From Eledone cirrhosa (lineage: Eukaryota): a stretch of DNA of 64,000 bases. The translations under genes and the position numbers were made by a program. The notes under the pieces are model-generated. The model was not told where the DNA came from and made no database searches. It saw only the letters and a list, made by a program, of their open reading frames with translations. Below are positions 24,131 to 42,100 of this stretch, piece by piece. How positions within the stretch are numbered: the first letter of the stretch is position 1; every line of letters starts with the position of its first letter. The stretch lies in the NCBI GenBank assembly GCA_964016885.1, contig OZ024748.1, positions 27,652,001 to 27,716,000 on the forward strand, in the 5' to 3' direction.

Positions 24131-27100
24131 CATCACCAACCAAACCAACAACTCCACTAACACCAACACTATCCATCACCACACCAACAACCCACTAACA
24201 CCAACACTATCATCATCACCACCAACAACTCTGCGTATCGAAGAGCTATCACACCACCAACACTCACTAACACCAACACTACATCATCACCACCACCAAC
24301 AACTCCACTAACAACCAACACTATCATCACCACCACCAACAACTCCACTAACACCAACACTATCATCACACCACCAACAACTCCACTAACACCAACACTA
24401 TCACCACCACCACCAACAACTCCACTAACACCAACACTATCACCACCACCAACAACTCCACTAACACCAACACTATCATCCACCACCACCAACAACTCCA
24501 CTAACACCAACACTATCATCATCACCACCAACAACTCCACTAACACCAACACTATCACCACCACCAACACTCCACTAACACCAACACTATCACCACCACC
24601 AACAACTCCACTAACACCAACACTATCACCACCACCAACAACTCCACTAACACCAACACTATCACCACCACACCAACAACTCCACTAACACCAACACTAT
24701 CACCACCACCACCAACAACTCCACTAACACCAACACTATCACCACCACCAACAACTCCACTAACACCAACACTATCACCACCACCAACAACTCCACTAAC
24801 ACCAACACTATCACCACCACCACCAACAACTCCACTAACACCAACACTATCACCACCACCACCAACAACTCCACTAACACCAACACTATCATCACCACCA
24901 CCAACAACTCCACTAACACCAACACTATCACCACCACAACAACTCCACTAACACCAACACTATCACCACCACCAACAACTCCACTAACACCAACACTATC
25001 ACCACCACCACCAACAACTCCACTAACACCAACACTATCACCACCACCAACAACTCCACTAACACCAACACTATCACCACCACCAACAACTCCACTAACA
25101 CCAACACTATCATCACCACCACCAACAACTCCACTAACACCAACACTATCACCACCACCAACAACTCCACTAACACCAACACTATCACCACCAACAACAC
25201 TCCACTAACACCAACACTATCATCACCACCACCAACAACTCCACTAACACCAACACTATCACCACCACCAACAACTCCACTAACACCAACACTATCACCA
25301 CCACCAACAACTCCACTAACACCAACACTATCACCACCACCACCAACAACTCCACTAACACCAACACTATCATCACCACCACAACAACTCCACTAACACC
25401 AACACTATCACACCACCAACAACTCCACTAACACCAACACTATCACCACCACCAACAACTCCACTAACACCAACACTATCATCACCACCACAACAACTCC
25501 ACTAACACCAACACTATCATCACCACCAACAACAACTCCACTAACACCAACACTATCATCATCACCACCAACAACTCCACTAACACCAACACTATCACCA
25601 CCACCAACAACTCCACTAACACCAACACTATCATCACCACCACCAACAACTCCACTAACACCAACACTATCATCACCACCAACAACAACTCCACTAACAC
25701 CAACACTATCACATCACCACCAACAACTCCACTAACACCAACACTATCACCACCACCAACAACTCCACTAACACCAACACTATCATCACACACCACCAAC
25801 AACTCCACTAACACCAACACTATCATCACACCAACAACAACTCCACTAACACCAACACTATCATCATCACCACCAACAACTCCACTAACACCAACACTAT
25901 CACCACCACCAACAACTCCACTAACGACCAACACTATCATCACCACCACAACAACTCCACTAACACCAACACTATCATCACCACCACCAACAACTCCACT
26001 AACACCAACACTATCATCACCACCACCAACAACTCCACTAACACCAACACTATCACCACCACCAACAACTCCACTAACACCAACACTATCACCACCACCA
26101 ACAACTCCACTAACACCAACACTATCATCACTCACCACCAACAACTCCACTAACACCAACACTATCATCACCACCACCAACAACTCCACTAACACCAACA
26201 CTATCATCATCACCACCAACAACTCCACTAACACCAACACTATCATCACCACCAACAACTCCACTAACACCAACACTATCATCACCACCACCACAACTCC
26301 ACTAACACCAACACTATCACCACCACCACCAACAACTCCACTAACACCAACACTATCATCACCACCACCAACAACTCCACTAACACCAACACTATCACAC
26401 ACCACCAACAACTCCACTAACACCAACACTATCATCACACCACCAACAACTCCACTAACACCAACACTATCATCATCACACCACCAACAACTCCACTAAC
26501 ACCAACACTATCATCACCACCACCAACAACTCCACTAACACCAACACTATCATCACCACCACCAACAACTCCACTAACACCAACACTATCATCACCACCA
26601 CCAACAACTCCACTAACACCAACACTATCATCACCACCACACAACTCCACTAACACCAACACTATCATCACCACCACCAACAACTCCACTAACACCAACA
26701 CTATCATCACCACCACCAACAACTCCACTAACACCAACACTATCATCACCACCACCAACAACTCCACTAACACCAACACTATCATCATCACCACCACAAC
26801 AACTCCACTAACACCAACACTATCATCATCACCACCAACAACTCCACTAACACCAACACTATCATCACCACCACCAACAACTCCACTAACACCAACACTA
26901 TCATCACCCCACCAACAACTCCACTAACACCAACACTATCACCACCACCACCAACAACTCCACTAACACCAACACTATCATCACCACCAACAACTCCACT
27001 AACACCAACACTATCATCACCACCACCAACAACTCCACTAACACCAACACTATCATCACCACCAACAACTCCACTAACACCAACACTATCACCACCACCA

Positions 27101-30100
27101 CCAACAACTCCACTAACACCAACACTATCATCACCACCAACAACTCCACTAACACCAACACTATCACCACCACCACCAACAACTCCACTAACACCAACAC
27201 TATCATCATCACCACCAACAACTCCACTAACACCAACACTATCATCATCACCACCAACAACTCCACTAACACCAACACTATCATCATCACACCAACAACT
27301 CCACTAACACCAACACTATCACCTCCACCACCAACAACTCCACTAACACCAACACTATCATCAACCACCAACAACTCCACTAACACCAACACTATCATCA
27401 TCACCACCACAACTCCACTAACACCAACACTATCATCATCACACCAACAACTCCACTAACACCAACACTATCACCTCCACCACCAACAACTCCACTAACA
27501 CCAACACTATCATCACCACCAACAACTCCACTAACACCAACACTATCACCATCACCACCACCAACTCCACTAACACCAACACTATCATCATCATCACCAA
27601 CAACTCCACTAACACCAACACTATCATCATCATCACCAACAACTCCACTAACACCAACACTATCACCTCCACCACCAACAACTCCACTAACACCAACACT
27701 ATCATCACCACCAACAACTCCACTAACACCAACACTATCATCATCATCACCAACAACTCCACTAACACCAACACTATCATCATCATCACCAACAACTCCA
27801 CTAACACCAACACTATCACCACCACCACCAACAACTCCACTAACACCAACACTATCATCATCATCACCAACAACTCCACTAACACCAACACTATCACCAC
27901 CACCACCAACAACTCCACTAACACCAACACTATCATCATCATCACCAACAACTCCACTAACACCAACACTATCACCACCACCACCAACAACTCCACTAAC
28001 ACCAACACTATCATCATCACCACCAACAACTCCACTAACACCAACACTATCACCACCACCACCAACAACTCCACTAACACCAACACTATCATCATCACCA
28101 ACAACTCCACTAACACCAACACTACATCATCACCACCAACAACTCCACTAACACCAACACTATCACTCATCCACCACCAACAACTCCACTAACACCAACA
28201 CTATCATCACCACCACCAACAACTCCACTAACACCAACACTATCACCACCACCACCAACAACTCCACTAACACCAACACTATCATCACACCACCAACAAC
28301 TCCACTAACACCAACACTATCACCACCACCACCAACAACTCCACTAACACCAACACTATCATCACCACACCAACAACTCCACTAACACCAACACTATCAT
28401 CATCATCACCAACAACTCACACTAACACCAACACTATCATCACCACCAACAACTCCACTAACACCAACACTATCACCACCACCACCAACAACTCCACTAA
28501 CACCAACACTATCATCATCATCACCAACAACTCCACTAACACCAACACTATCACCACCACCACCAACAACTCCACTAACACCAACACTATCATCATCATC
28601 ACCAACAACTCCACTAACACCAACACTATCATCATCATCACCAACAACTCCACTAACACCAACACTATCATCACCACACAACAACTCCACTAACACCAAC
28701 ACTATCACCACCACCACCAACAACTCCACTAACACCAACACTATCATCATCATCACCAACAACTCCACTAACACCAACACTATCACCACACCACCAACAA
28801 CTCCACTAACACCAACACTATCATCATCATCACCAACAACTCCACTAACACCAACACTATCATCATCATCACCAACAACTCCACTAACACCAACACTATC
28901 ATCACATCACCAACAACTCCACTAACACCAACACTATCATCACCACCACCAACAACTCCACTAACACCAACACTATCATCATCACACCAACAACTCCACT
29001 AACACCAACACTATCATCACCACCACCAACAACTCCACTAACACCAACACTATCATCATCACCACCAACAACTCCACTAACACAACACTATCATCATCAC
29101 CACCAACAACTCCACTAACACCAACACTATCATCATCACCAACAAACTCCACTAACACCAACACTATCATCACCACCACCAACAACTCCACTAACACCAA
29201 CACTATCACCATCACCACCAACAACTCCACTAACACCAACACTATCACCATCACCACCAACAACTCCACTAACACCAACACTATCATCATCACCACCAAC
29301 AACTCCACTAACACCAACACTATCACCACCACCAACAACTCACTACACCAACACTATCACCACCACCACCAACAACTCCACTAACACCAACACTGTCATC
29401 ACCACCACCAACAACTCCACTAACACCAACACTATCACCACCACCAACAACTCCACTAACACCAACACTATCACCACCACCAACAACTCCACTAACACCA
29501 ACACTATCATCACCACCACCAACAACTCCACTAACACCAACACTATCATCACCACCAACAACAACTCCACTAACACCAACACTATCATCATCACCACCAA
29601 CAACTCCACTAACACCAACACTATCATCACCACCACCAACAACTCCACTAACACCAACACTATCATCACCACCAACAACAACTCCACTAACACCAACACT
29701 ATCATCATCACCACCAACAACTCCACTAACACCAACACTATCATCACCACCACAACAACTCCACTAACACCAACACTATCACAATCACCACCAACAACTC
29801 CACTAACACCAACACTATCACCACCACCAACAACTCCACTAACACCAACACTATCATCATCATCACCACCAACAACTCCACTAACACCAACACTATCATC
29901 ATCACCACCAACAACTCCACTAACACCAACACTATCATCATCACCACCAACAACTCCACTAACACCAACACTATCATCACCACCAACAACTCACTAACAC
30001 CAACACTATCATCACCACCACCAACAACTCCACTAACACCAACACTATCATCACCACCACCAACAACTCCACTAACACCAACACTATCATCACCACCACC

Positions 30101-33100
30101 AACAACTCCACTAACACCAACACTATCACCACCACCAACAACTCCACTTAACACCAACACTATCATCCACCACCACCAACAACTCCACTAACACCAACAC
30201 TATCATCACTACCAACAACAACTCCAGTAACACCAACACTATCATCATCACCACCAACAACTCCACTAACACCAACACTATCATCACCACCAACAACTCC
30301 ACTAACACCAACACTATCATCACCACCACCAACAACTCCACTAACACCAACACTATCACCACCACCACCAACAACTCCACTAACACCAACACTATCATCA
30401 CCACCACCAACAACTCCACTAACACCAACACTATCATCATCACCACCAACAACAACTCCACTAACACCAACACTATCATCATCACCACCAACAACTCCAC
30501 TAACACCAACACTATCATCATCATCACCACCAACAACTCCACTAACACCAACACTATCATCACCACCACCAACAACTCACTAACACCAACACTATCACCA
30601 CCACCACCAACAACTCCACTAACACCAACACTATCACCACCACCACCAACAACTCCACTAACACCAACACTATCATCACCACCAACAACTCCACTAACAC
30701 CAACACTATCATCACCACCACCAACAACTCCACTAACACCAACACTATCACCACCACCACCAACAACTCCACTAACACCAACACTATCATCACCACCACC
30801 AACAACTCCACTAACACCAACACTATCATCATCACCACCAACAACAACTCCACTAAACACCAACACTATCATCATCACCACCAACAACTCCACTAACACC
30901 AACACTATCATCATCACCACCAACAACTCCACTAACACCAACACTATCATCACCACCAACAACTCCACTAACACCAACACTATCACCACCACCACCAACA
31001 ACTCCACTAACACCAACACTATCATCACCACCAACAACTCCACTAACACCAACACTATCACCACCACCACCAACAACTCCACTAACACCAACACTATCAT
31101 CACCACCAACAACTCCACTAACACCAACACTATCAACACCACCACCAACAACTCCACTAACACCAACACTATCATCACCACCAACAACTCCACTAACAAC
31201 AACACTATCACCACCACCACCAACAACTCCACTAACACCAACACTATCATCATCATCACCAACAACTCCACTAACACCAACACTATCATCATCATCACCA
31301 ACAACTCCACTAACACCAACACTATCATCATCATCACCAACAACTCCACTAACACCAACACTATCACCTCCACCACCAACAACTCACTAACACCAACACT
31401 ATCATCACCACCAACAACTCCACTAACACCAACACTATCATCATCACCACCACCAACTCCACTAACACCAACACTATCATCATCATCACCAACAACTCCA
31501 CTAACACCAACACTATCACCTCCACCACCAACAACTCCACTAACACCAACACTATCATCACCACCAACAACTCCACTAACACCAACACTATCACCATCAC
31601 CACCACCAACTCCACTAACACCAACACTATCACCATCACCACCAACAACTCCACTAACACCAACACTATCATCATCATCACCAACAACTCCACTAACACC
31701 AACACTATCACCTCCACCACCAACAACTCCACTAACACCAACACTATCATCACCACCAACAACTCCACTAACACCAACACTATCACCACCACCACCAACA
31801 ACTCCACTAACACCAACACTATCATCATCATCACCAACAACTCCACTAACACCAACACTATCACCACCACCACCAACAACTCCACTAACACCAACACTAT
31901 CATCATCACCAACAACTCCACTAACACCAACACTATCATCACACCACCAACAACTCCACTAACACCAACACTATCACCACCACCACCAACAACTCCACTA
32001 ACACCAACACTATCATCATCACCACCAACAACTCCACTAACACCAACACTATCACCACCACCACCAACAACTCCACTAACACCAACACTATCATCATCAT
32101 CACCAACAACTCCACTAACACCAACACTATCACCACCACCACCAACAACTCCACTAACACCAACACTATCATCATCATCACCAACAACTCCACTAACACC
32201 AACACTATCATCATCATCACCAACAACTCCACTAACACCAACACTATCATCACCACCAACAACTCCACTAACACCAACACTATCACCACCACCACCAACA
32301 ACTCCACTAACACCAACACTATCATCATCATCACCAACAACTCCACTAACACCAACACTATCACCACCACCACCAACAACTCCACTAACACCAACACTAT
32401 CATCATCATCACCAACAACTCCACTAACACCAACACTATCATCATCATCACCAACAACTCCACTAACACCAACACTATCATCACCACCAACAACTCCACT
32501 AACACCAACACTATCACCACCACCACCAACAACTCCACTAACACCAACACTATCATCATCATCACCAACAACTCCACTAACACCAACACTATCACCACCA
32601 CCACCAACAACTCCACTAACACCAACACTATCATCATCATCACCAACAACTCCACTAACACCAACACTATCATCATCATCACCAACAACTCCACTAACAC
32701 CAACACTATCATCATCATCACCAACAACTCCACTAACACCAACACTATCATCATCATCACCAACAACTCCACTAACACCAACACTATCATCATCATCACC
32801 AACAACTCCACTAACACCAACACTATCATCACCACCACCAACAACTCCACTAACACCAACACTATCATCATCACCACCAACAACTCCACTAACACCAACA
32901 CTATCACCATCACCACCAACAACTCCACTAACACCAACACTATCATCATCACCACCAACAACTCCACTAACACCAACACTATCATCACCACCACCAACAA
33001 CTCCACTAACACCAACACTATCACCATCACCACCAACAACTCCACTAACACCAACACTATAACCATCACCACCAACAACTCCACTAACACCAACACTATC

Positions 33101-36100
33101 ATCATCACCACCAACAACTCCACTAACACCAACACTATCACCACCACCAACAACTCCACTAACACCAACACTATCACCACCACCACCAACAACTCCACTA
33201 ACACCAACACTGTCATCACCACCACCAACAACTCCACTAACACCAACACTATCACCACCACCAACAACTCCACTAACACCAACACTATCACCACCACCAA
33301 CAACTCCACTAACACCAACACTATCATCACCACCACCAACAACTCCACTAACACCAACACTATCATCACCACCAACAACAACTCCACTAACACCAACACT
33401 ATCATCATCACCACCAACAACTCCACTAACACCAACACTATCATCACCACCACCAACAACTCCACTAACACCAACACTATCATCACCACCAACAACAACT
33501 CCACTAACACCAACACTATCATCATCACCACCAACAACTCCACTAACACCAACACTATCATCACCACCAACAACAACTCCACTAACACCAACACTATCAC
33601 AATCACCACCAACAACTCCACTAACACCAACACTATCACCGCCACCAACAACTCCACTAACACCAACACTATCATCATCATCACCACCAACAACTCCACT
33701 AACACCAACACTATCATCATCACCACCAACAACTCCACTAACACCAACACTATCATCATCACCACCAACAACTCCACTAACACCAACACTATCATCACCA
33801 CCAACAACTCCACTAACACCAACACTATCACCACCACCACCAACAACTCCACTAACACCAACACTATCATCATCATCACCACCAACAACTCCACTAACAC
33901 CAACACTATCATCACCACCACCAACAACTCCACTAACACCAACACTATCACCACCACCAACAACTCCACTAACACCAACACTATCACCACCACCACAACT
34001 CCACTAACACCAACACTATCATCACCACCACCAACAACTCCACTAACACCAACACTATCATCACTACCAACAACAACTCCAGTAACACCAACACTATCAT
34101 CATCACCACCAACAACTCCACTAACACCAACACTATCATCACCACCAACAACTCCACTAACACCAACACTATCATCACCACCACCAACAACTCCACTAAC
34201 ACCAACACTATCACCACCACCACCAACAACTCCACTAACACCAACACTATCATCACCAACCACCAACAACTCCACTAACACCAACACTATCATCATCACC
34301 ACCAACAACAACTCCACTAACACCAACACTATCATCATCACCACCAACAACTCCACTAACACCAACACTATCATCATCATCACCACCAACAACTCCACTA
34401 ACACCAACACTATCATCACCACCACCAACAACTCCACTAACACCAACACTATCACCACCACCACCAACAACTCCACTAACACCAACACTATCACCACCAC
34501 CACCAACAACTCCACTAACACCAACACTATCATCACCACCAACAACTCCACTAACACCAACACATCATCACCACTCACCAACAAACTCCACTAACACACA
34601 CTATCACCACCACCACCAACAACTCCACTAACGCCAACACTATCATCACCACCACCAACAACTCCACTAACACCAACACTATCATCATCACCACCAACAA
34701 CAACTCCACTAACACCAACACTATCATCACCACCAACAACTCCACTAACACCAACACTATCATCATCACCACCAACAACTCCACTAACACCAACACTATC
34801 ATCACCACCAACCAACTCCACTAACACCAACACTATCACCGACCACCACCAACAACTCCACTAACACCAACACTATCATCACCACCAACAACTCCACTAA
34901 CACCAACACTATCACCACCACCATCAACAACTCCACTAACACCAACACTATCATCACCACCAACAACTCCACTAACACCAACACTATCACCACCACCACC
35001 AACAACTCCACTAACACCAACACTATCATCCACCACCAACAACTCCACTAACAACAACACTATCACCACCAACACCAACAACTCCACTAACACCAACACT
35101 ATCATCATCATCACCAACAACTCCACTAACACCAACACTATCATCATCATCACCAACAACTCCACTAACACCAACACTATCATCATCATCACCAACAACT
35201 CCACTAACACCAACACTATCACCTCCACCACCAACAACTCCACTAACACCAACACTATCATCACCACCAACAACTCCACTAACACCAACACTATCATCAT
35301 CACCACCACCAACTCCACTAACACCAACACTATCATCATCATCACCAACAACTCCACTAACACCAACACTATCACCTCCACCACCAACAACTCCACTAAC
35401 ACCAACACTATCATCACCACCAACAACTCCACTAACACCAACACTATCACCATTCACCACCACCAACTCCACTAACACCAACACTATCACCATCACCACC
35501 AACAACTCCACTAACACCAACACTATCATCATCATCACCAACAACTCCACTAACACCAACACTATCACCTCCACCACCAACAACTCCACTTAACACCAAC
35601 ACTATCATCACCACCAACAACTCCACTAACACCAACACTATCACCACCACCACCAACAACTCCACTAACACCAACACTATCATCATCATCACCAACAACT
35701 CCACTAACACCAACACTATCACCACCACCACCAACAACTCCACTAACACCAACACTATCATCATCACCAACAACTCCACTAACACCAACACTATCATCAC
35801 CACCAACAACTCCACTAACACCAACACTATCACCACCACCACCAACAACTCCACTAACACCAACACTATCATCATCACCACCAACAACTCCACTAACACC
35901 AACACTATCACCACCACCACCAACAACTCCACTAACACCAACACTATCATCATCATCACCAACAACTCCACTAACACCAACACTATCACCACCACCACCA
36001 ACAACTCCACTAACACCAACACTATCATCATCATCACCAACAACTCCACTAACACCAACACTATCATCATCATCACCAACAACTCCACTAACACCAACAC

Positions 36101-39100
36101 TATCATCACCACCAACAACTCCACTAACACCAACACTATCACCACCACCACCAACAACTCCACTAACACCAACACTATCATCATCATCACCAACAACTCC
36201 ACTAACACCAACACTATCACCACCACCACCAACAACTCCACTAACACCAACACTATCATCATCATCACCAACAACTCCACTAACACCAACACTATCATCA
36301 TCATCACCACAACTCCACTAACACCAACACTATCATCACCACCAACAACTCCACTAACACCAACACTATCACCACCACCACCAACAACTCCACTAACACC
36401 AACACTATCATCATCATCACCAACAACTCCACTAACACCAACACTATCACCACCACCACCAACAACTCCACTAACACCAACACTATCATCATCATCACCA
36501 ACAACTCCACTAACACCAACACTATCATCATCATCACCAACAACTCCACTAACACCAACACTATCATCATCATCACCAACAACTCCACTAACACCAACAC
36601 TATCATCATCATCACCAACAACTCCACTAACACCAACACTATCATCATCATCACCAACAACTCCACTAACACCAACACTATCATCACCACCACCAACAAC
36701 TCCACTAACACCAACACTATCATCATCACCACCAACAACTCCACTAACACCAACACTATCACCATCACCACCAACAACTCCACTAACACCAACACTATCA
36801 TCATCACCACCAACAACTCCACTAACACCAACACTATCATCACCACCACCAACAACTCCACTAACACCAACACTATCACCATCACCACCAACAACTCCAC
36901 TAACACCAACACTATCACCATCACCACCAACAACTCCACTAACACCAACACTATCATCATCACCACCAACAACTCCACTAACACCAACACTATCATCATC
37001 ATCACCAACAACTCCACTAACACCAACACTATCATCATCATCACCAACAACTCCACTAACACCAACACTATCATCACCACCAACAACTCCACTAACACCA
37101 ACACTATCATCCACCACCACCAACAACTCCACTAACACCAACACTATCATCATCACCACCAACAACTCCACTAACACCAACACTATCATCACCACCACCA
37201 ACAACTCCACTAACACCAACACTATCACCACCACCAACAACTCCACTAACACCAACACTATCACCACCACCAACAACTCCACTAACACCAACACTATCAT
37301 CACCACCACCAACAACTCCACTAACACCAACACTATCATCACCACCAACAACAACTCCAGTAACACCAACACTATCATCATCACCACCAACAACTCCACT
37401 AACACCAACACTATCACCACCACCACCAACAACTCCACTAACACCAACACTATCACCACCACCAACAACTCCACTAACACCAACACTATCATCACCACCA
37501 CCAACAACTCCACTAACACCAACACTATCATCACCACCAACAACAACTCCAGTAACACCAACACTATCATCACCACCACCAACAACTCCACTAACACCAA
37601 CACTATCATCACCACCACCAACAACTCCACTCACTATCATCACCACCAACAACTCCACTAACACCAACACTATCATCACCACCACCAACAACTCCACTAA
37701 CACCAACACTATCACCACCACCACCAACAACTCCACTAACACCAACACTATCATCACCACCAACAACTCCACTAACACCAACACTATCACCTCCACCACC
37801 AACAACTCCACTAACACCAACACTATCACCACCACCACCAACAACTCCACTAACACCAACACTATCATCACCACCAACAACTCCACTAACACCAACACTA
37901 TCATCACCACCACAACAACTCCACTAACACCAACACTATCATCACACCACCAACAACTCCACTAACACCAACACTATCATCATCACACCACCAACAACTC
38001 CACTAACACCAACACTATCATCACCACCACCAACAACTCCACTAACACCAACACTATCACCACCACCACCAACAACTCCACTAACACCAACACTATCACC
38101 ACCACCACCAACAACTCCACTAACACCAACACTATCACCACCACCACCAACAACTCCACTAACACCAACACTATCATCACATCACCACCAACAACTCCAC
38201 TAACACCAACACTATCATCATCACCACCAACAACTCCACTAACACCAACACTATCATCACCACCACCAACAACTCCACTAACACCAACACTATCACCACC
38301 ACCAACAACTCCACTAACACCAACACTATCACCACCACCACCAACAACTCCACTAACACCAACACTATCATCACCACCAACAACTCCACTAACACCAACA
38401 CTATCACCACCACCACCAACAACTCCACTAACACCAACACATCATCACCACCAACAACTCCACTAACACCAACACTATCACCACCACCACCAACAACTCC
38501 ACTAACACCAACACTATCATCACCACCAACAACTCCACTAACACCAACACTATCACCACCACCACCAACAACTCCACTAACACCAACACTATCATCATCA
38601 CACCAACAACTCCACTAACACCAACACTATCATCATCACACCAACAACTCCACTAACACCAACACTATCATCATCACACCAACAACTCCACTAACACCAA
38701 CACTATCACCACCACCACCAACAACTCCACTAACACCAACACTATCATCACCACCAACAACTCCACTAACACCAACACTATCACATCACCACCACCAACT
38801 CCACTAACACCAACACTATCATCATCATCACCAACAACTCCACTAACACCAACACTATCACCTCCACCACCAACAACTCCACTAACACCAACACTATCAT
38901 CACCACCAACAACTCCACTAACACCAACACTATCACCATCACCACCACCAACTCCACTAACACCAACACTATCACCATCACCACCAACAACTCCACTAAC
39001 ACCAACACTATCATCATCACACCAACAACTCCACTAACACCAACACTATCACCTCCACCACCAACAACTCCACTAACACCAACACTATCATCACCACCAA

Positions 39101-42100
39101 CAACTCCACTAACACCAACACTATCATCATCACCACCAACAACTCCACTAACACCAACACTATCATCATCATCACCAACAACTCCACTAACACCAACACT
39201 ATCACCACCACCACCAACAACTCCACTAACACCAACACTATCATCACACACCAACAACTCCACTAACACCAACACTATCACCACCACCACCAACAACTCC
39301 ACTAACACCAACACTATCATCATCATCACCAACAACTCCACTAACACCAACACTATCACCACCACCACCAACAACTCCACTAACACCAACACTATCATCA
39401 TCATCACCAACAACTCCACTAACACCAACACTATCACCACCACCACCAACAACTCCACTAACACCAACACTATCATCATCACCAACAACTCCACTAACAC
39501 CAACACTATCATCACCACCAACAACTCCACTAACACCAACACTATCACCACCACCACCAACAACTCCACTAACACCAACACTATCATCATCACCACCAAC
39601 AACTCCACTAACACCAACACTATCACCACCACCACCAACAACTCCACTAACACCAACACTATCATCATCATCACCAACAACTCCACTAACACCAACACTA
39701 TCACCACCACCACCAACAACTCCACTAACACCAACACTATCATCATCATCACCAACAACTCCACTAACACCAACACTATCATCATCATCACCAACAACTC
39801 CACTAACACCAACACTATCACCACCACCACCAACAACTCCACTAACACCAACACTATCATCATCATCACCAACAACTCCACTAACACCAACACTATCACC
39901 ACCACCACCAACAACTCCACTAACACCAACACTATCATCATCATCACCAACAACTCCACTAACACCAACACTATCATCATCATCACCAACAACTCCACTA
40001 ACACCAACACTATCATCACCACCAACAACTCCACTAACACCAACACTATCACCACCACCACCAACAACTCCACTAACACCAACACTATCATCATCATCAC
40101 CAACAACTCCACTAACACCAACACTATCACCACCACCACCAACAACTCCACTAACACCAACACTATCATCATCACACCAACAACTCCACTAACACCAACA
40201 CTATCATCATCATCACCAACAACTCCACTAACACCAACACTATCATCATCATCACCAACAACTCCACTAACACCAACACTATCATCATCACCACCAACAA
40301 CTCCACTAACACCAACACTATCATCATCATCACCAACAACTCCACTAACACCAACACTATCATCACCACCACCAACAACTCCACTAACACCAACACTATC
40401 ATCATCACCACCAACAACTCCACTAACACCAACACTATCACCATCACCACCAACAACTCCACTAACACCAACACTATCATCATCACCACCAACAACTCCA
40501 CTAACACCAACACTATCATCACCACCACCAACAACTCCACTAACACCAACACTATCACCATCACCACCAACAACTCCACTAACACCAACACTATCACCAT
40601 CACCACCAACAACTCCACTAACACCAACACTATCATCATCACCACCAACAACTCCACTAACACCAACACTATCATCATCACCACCAACAACTCCACTAAC
40701 ACCAACACTATCATCATCACCACCAACAACTCCACTAACACCAACACTATCATCATCATCACCAACAACTCCACTAACACCAACACTATCACCATCACCA
40801 CCAACAACTCCACTAACACCAACACTATCATCATCACCACCAACAACTCCACTAACACCAACACTATCATCATCATCACCAACAACTCCACTAACACCAA
40901 CACTATCATCATCATCACCAACAACTCCACTAACACCAACACTATCACCACACCACCAACAACTCCACTAACACCAACACTATCATCATCACCACCAACA
41001 ACTCCACTAACACCAACACTATCACCATCACCACCAACAACTCCACTAACACCAACACTATCATCATCACCACCAACAACTCCACTAACACCAACACTAT
41101 CATCACCACCACCAACAACTCCACTAACACCAACACTATCACCATCACCACCAACAACTCCACTAACACCAACACTATCATCACCACCACCAACAACTCC
41201 ACTAACACCAACACTATCACCATCACCACAAACAACTCCACTAACACCAACACTATCATCATCATCACCAACAACTCCACTAACACCAACACTATCACCA
41301 TCACCACCAACAACTCCACTAACACCAACACTATCATCACCACCACCAACAACTCCACTAACACCAACACTATCACCATCACCACCAACAACTCCACTAA
41401 CACCAACACTATCATCACCACCACCAACAACTCCACCAACACCAACACTATCATCATCACCACCAACAACTCCACTAACACCAACACTATCATCATCATC
41501 ACCAACAACTCCACTAACACCAACACTATCACCACCACCACCAACAACTCCACTAACACCAACACTATCATCATCACCACCAACAACTCCACTAACACCA
41601 ACACTATCACCATCACCACCAACAACTCCACTAACACCAACACTATCATCATCACCACCAACAACTCCACTAACACCAACACAATCATCATCACCACCAA
41701 CAACTCCACTAACACCAACACTATCACCATCACCACCAACAACTCCACTAACACCAACACTATCATCATCACCACCAACAACTCCACTAACACCAACACT
41801 ATCATCATCATCACCAACAACTCCACTAACACCAACACTATCATCATCACCACCAACAACTCCACTAACACCAACACTATCATCATCATCACCAACAACT
41901 CCACTAACACCAACACTATCACCACCACCACCAACAACTCCACTAACACCAACACTATCATCATCACCACCAACAACTCCACTAACACCAACACTATCAC
42001 CATCACCACCAACAACTCCACTAACACCAACACTATCATCATCATCACCAACAACTCCACTAACACCAACACTATCATCATCACCACCAACAACTCCACT

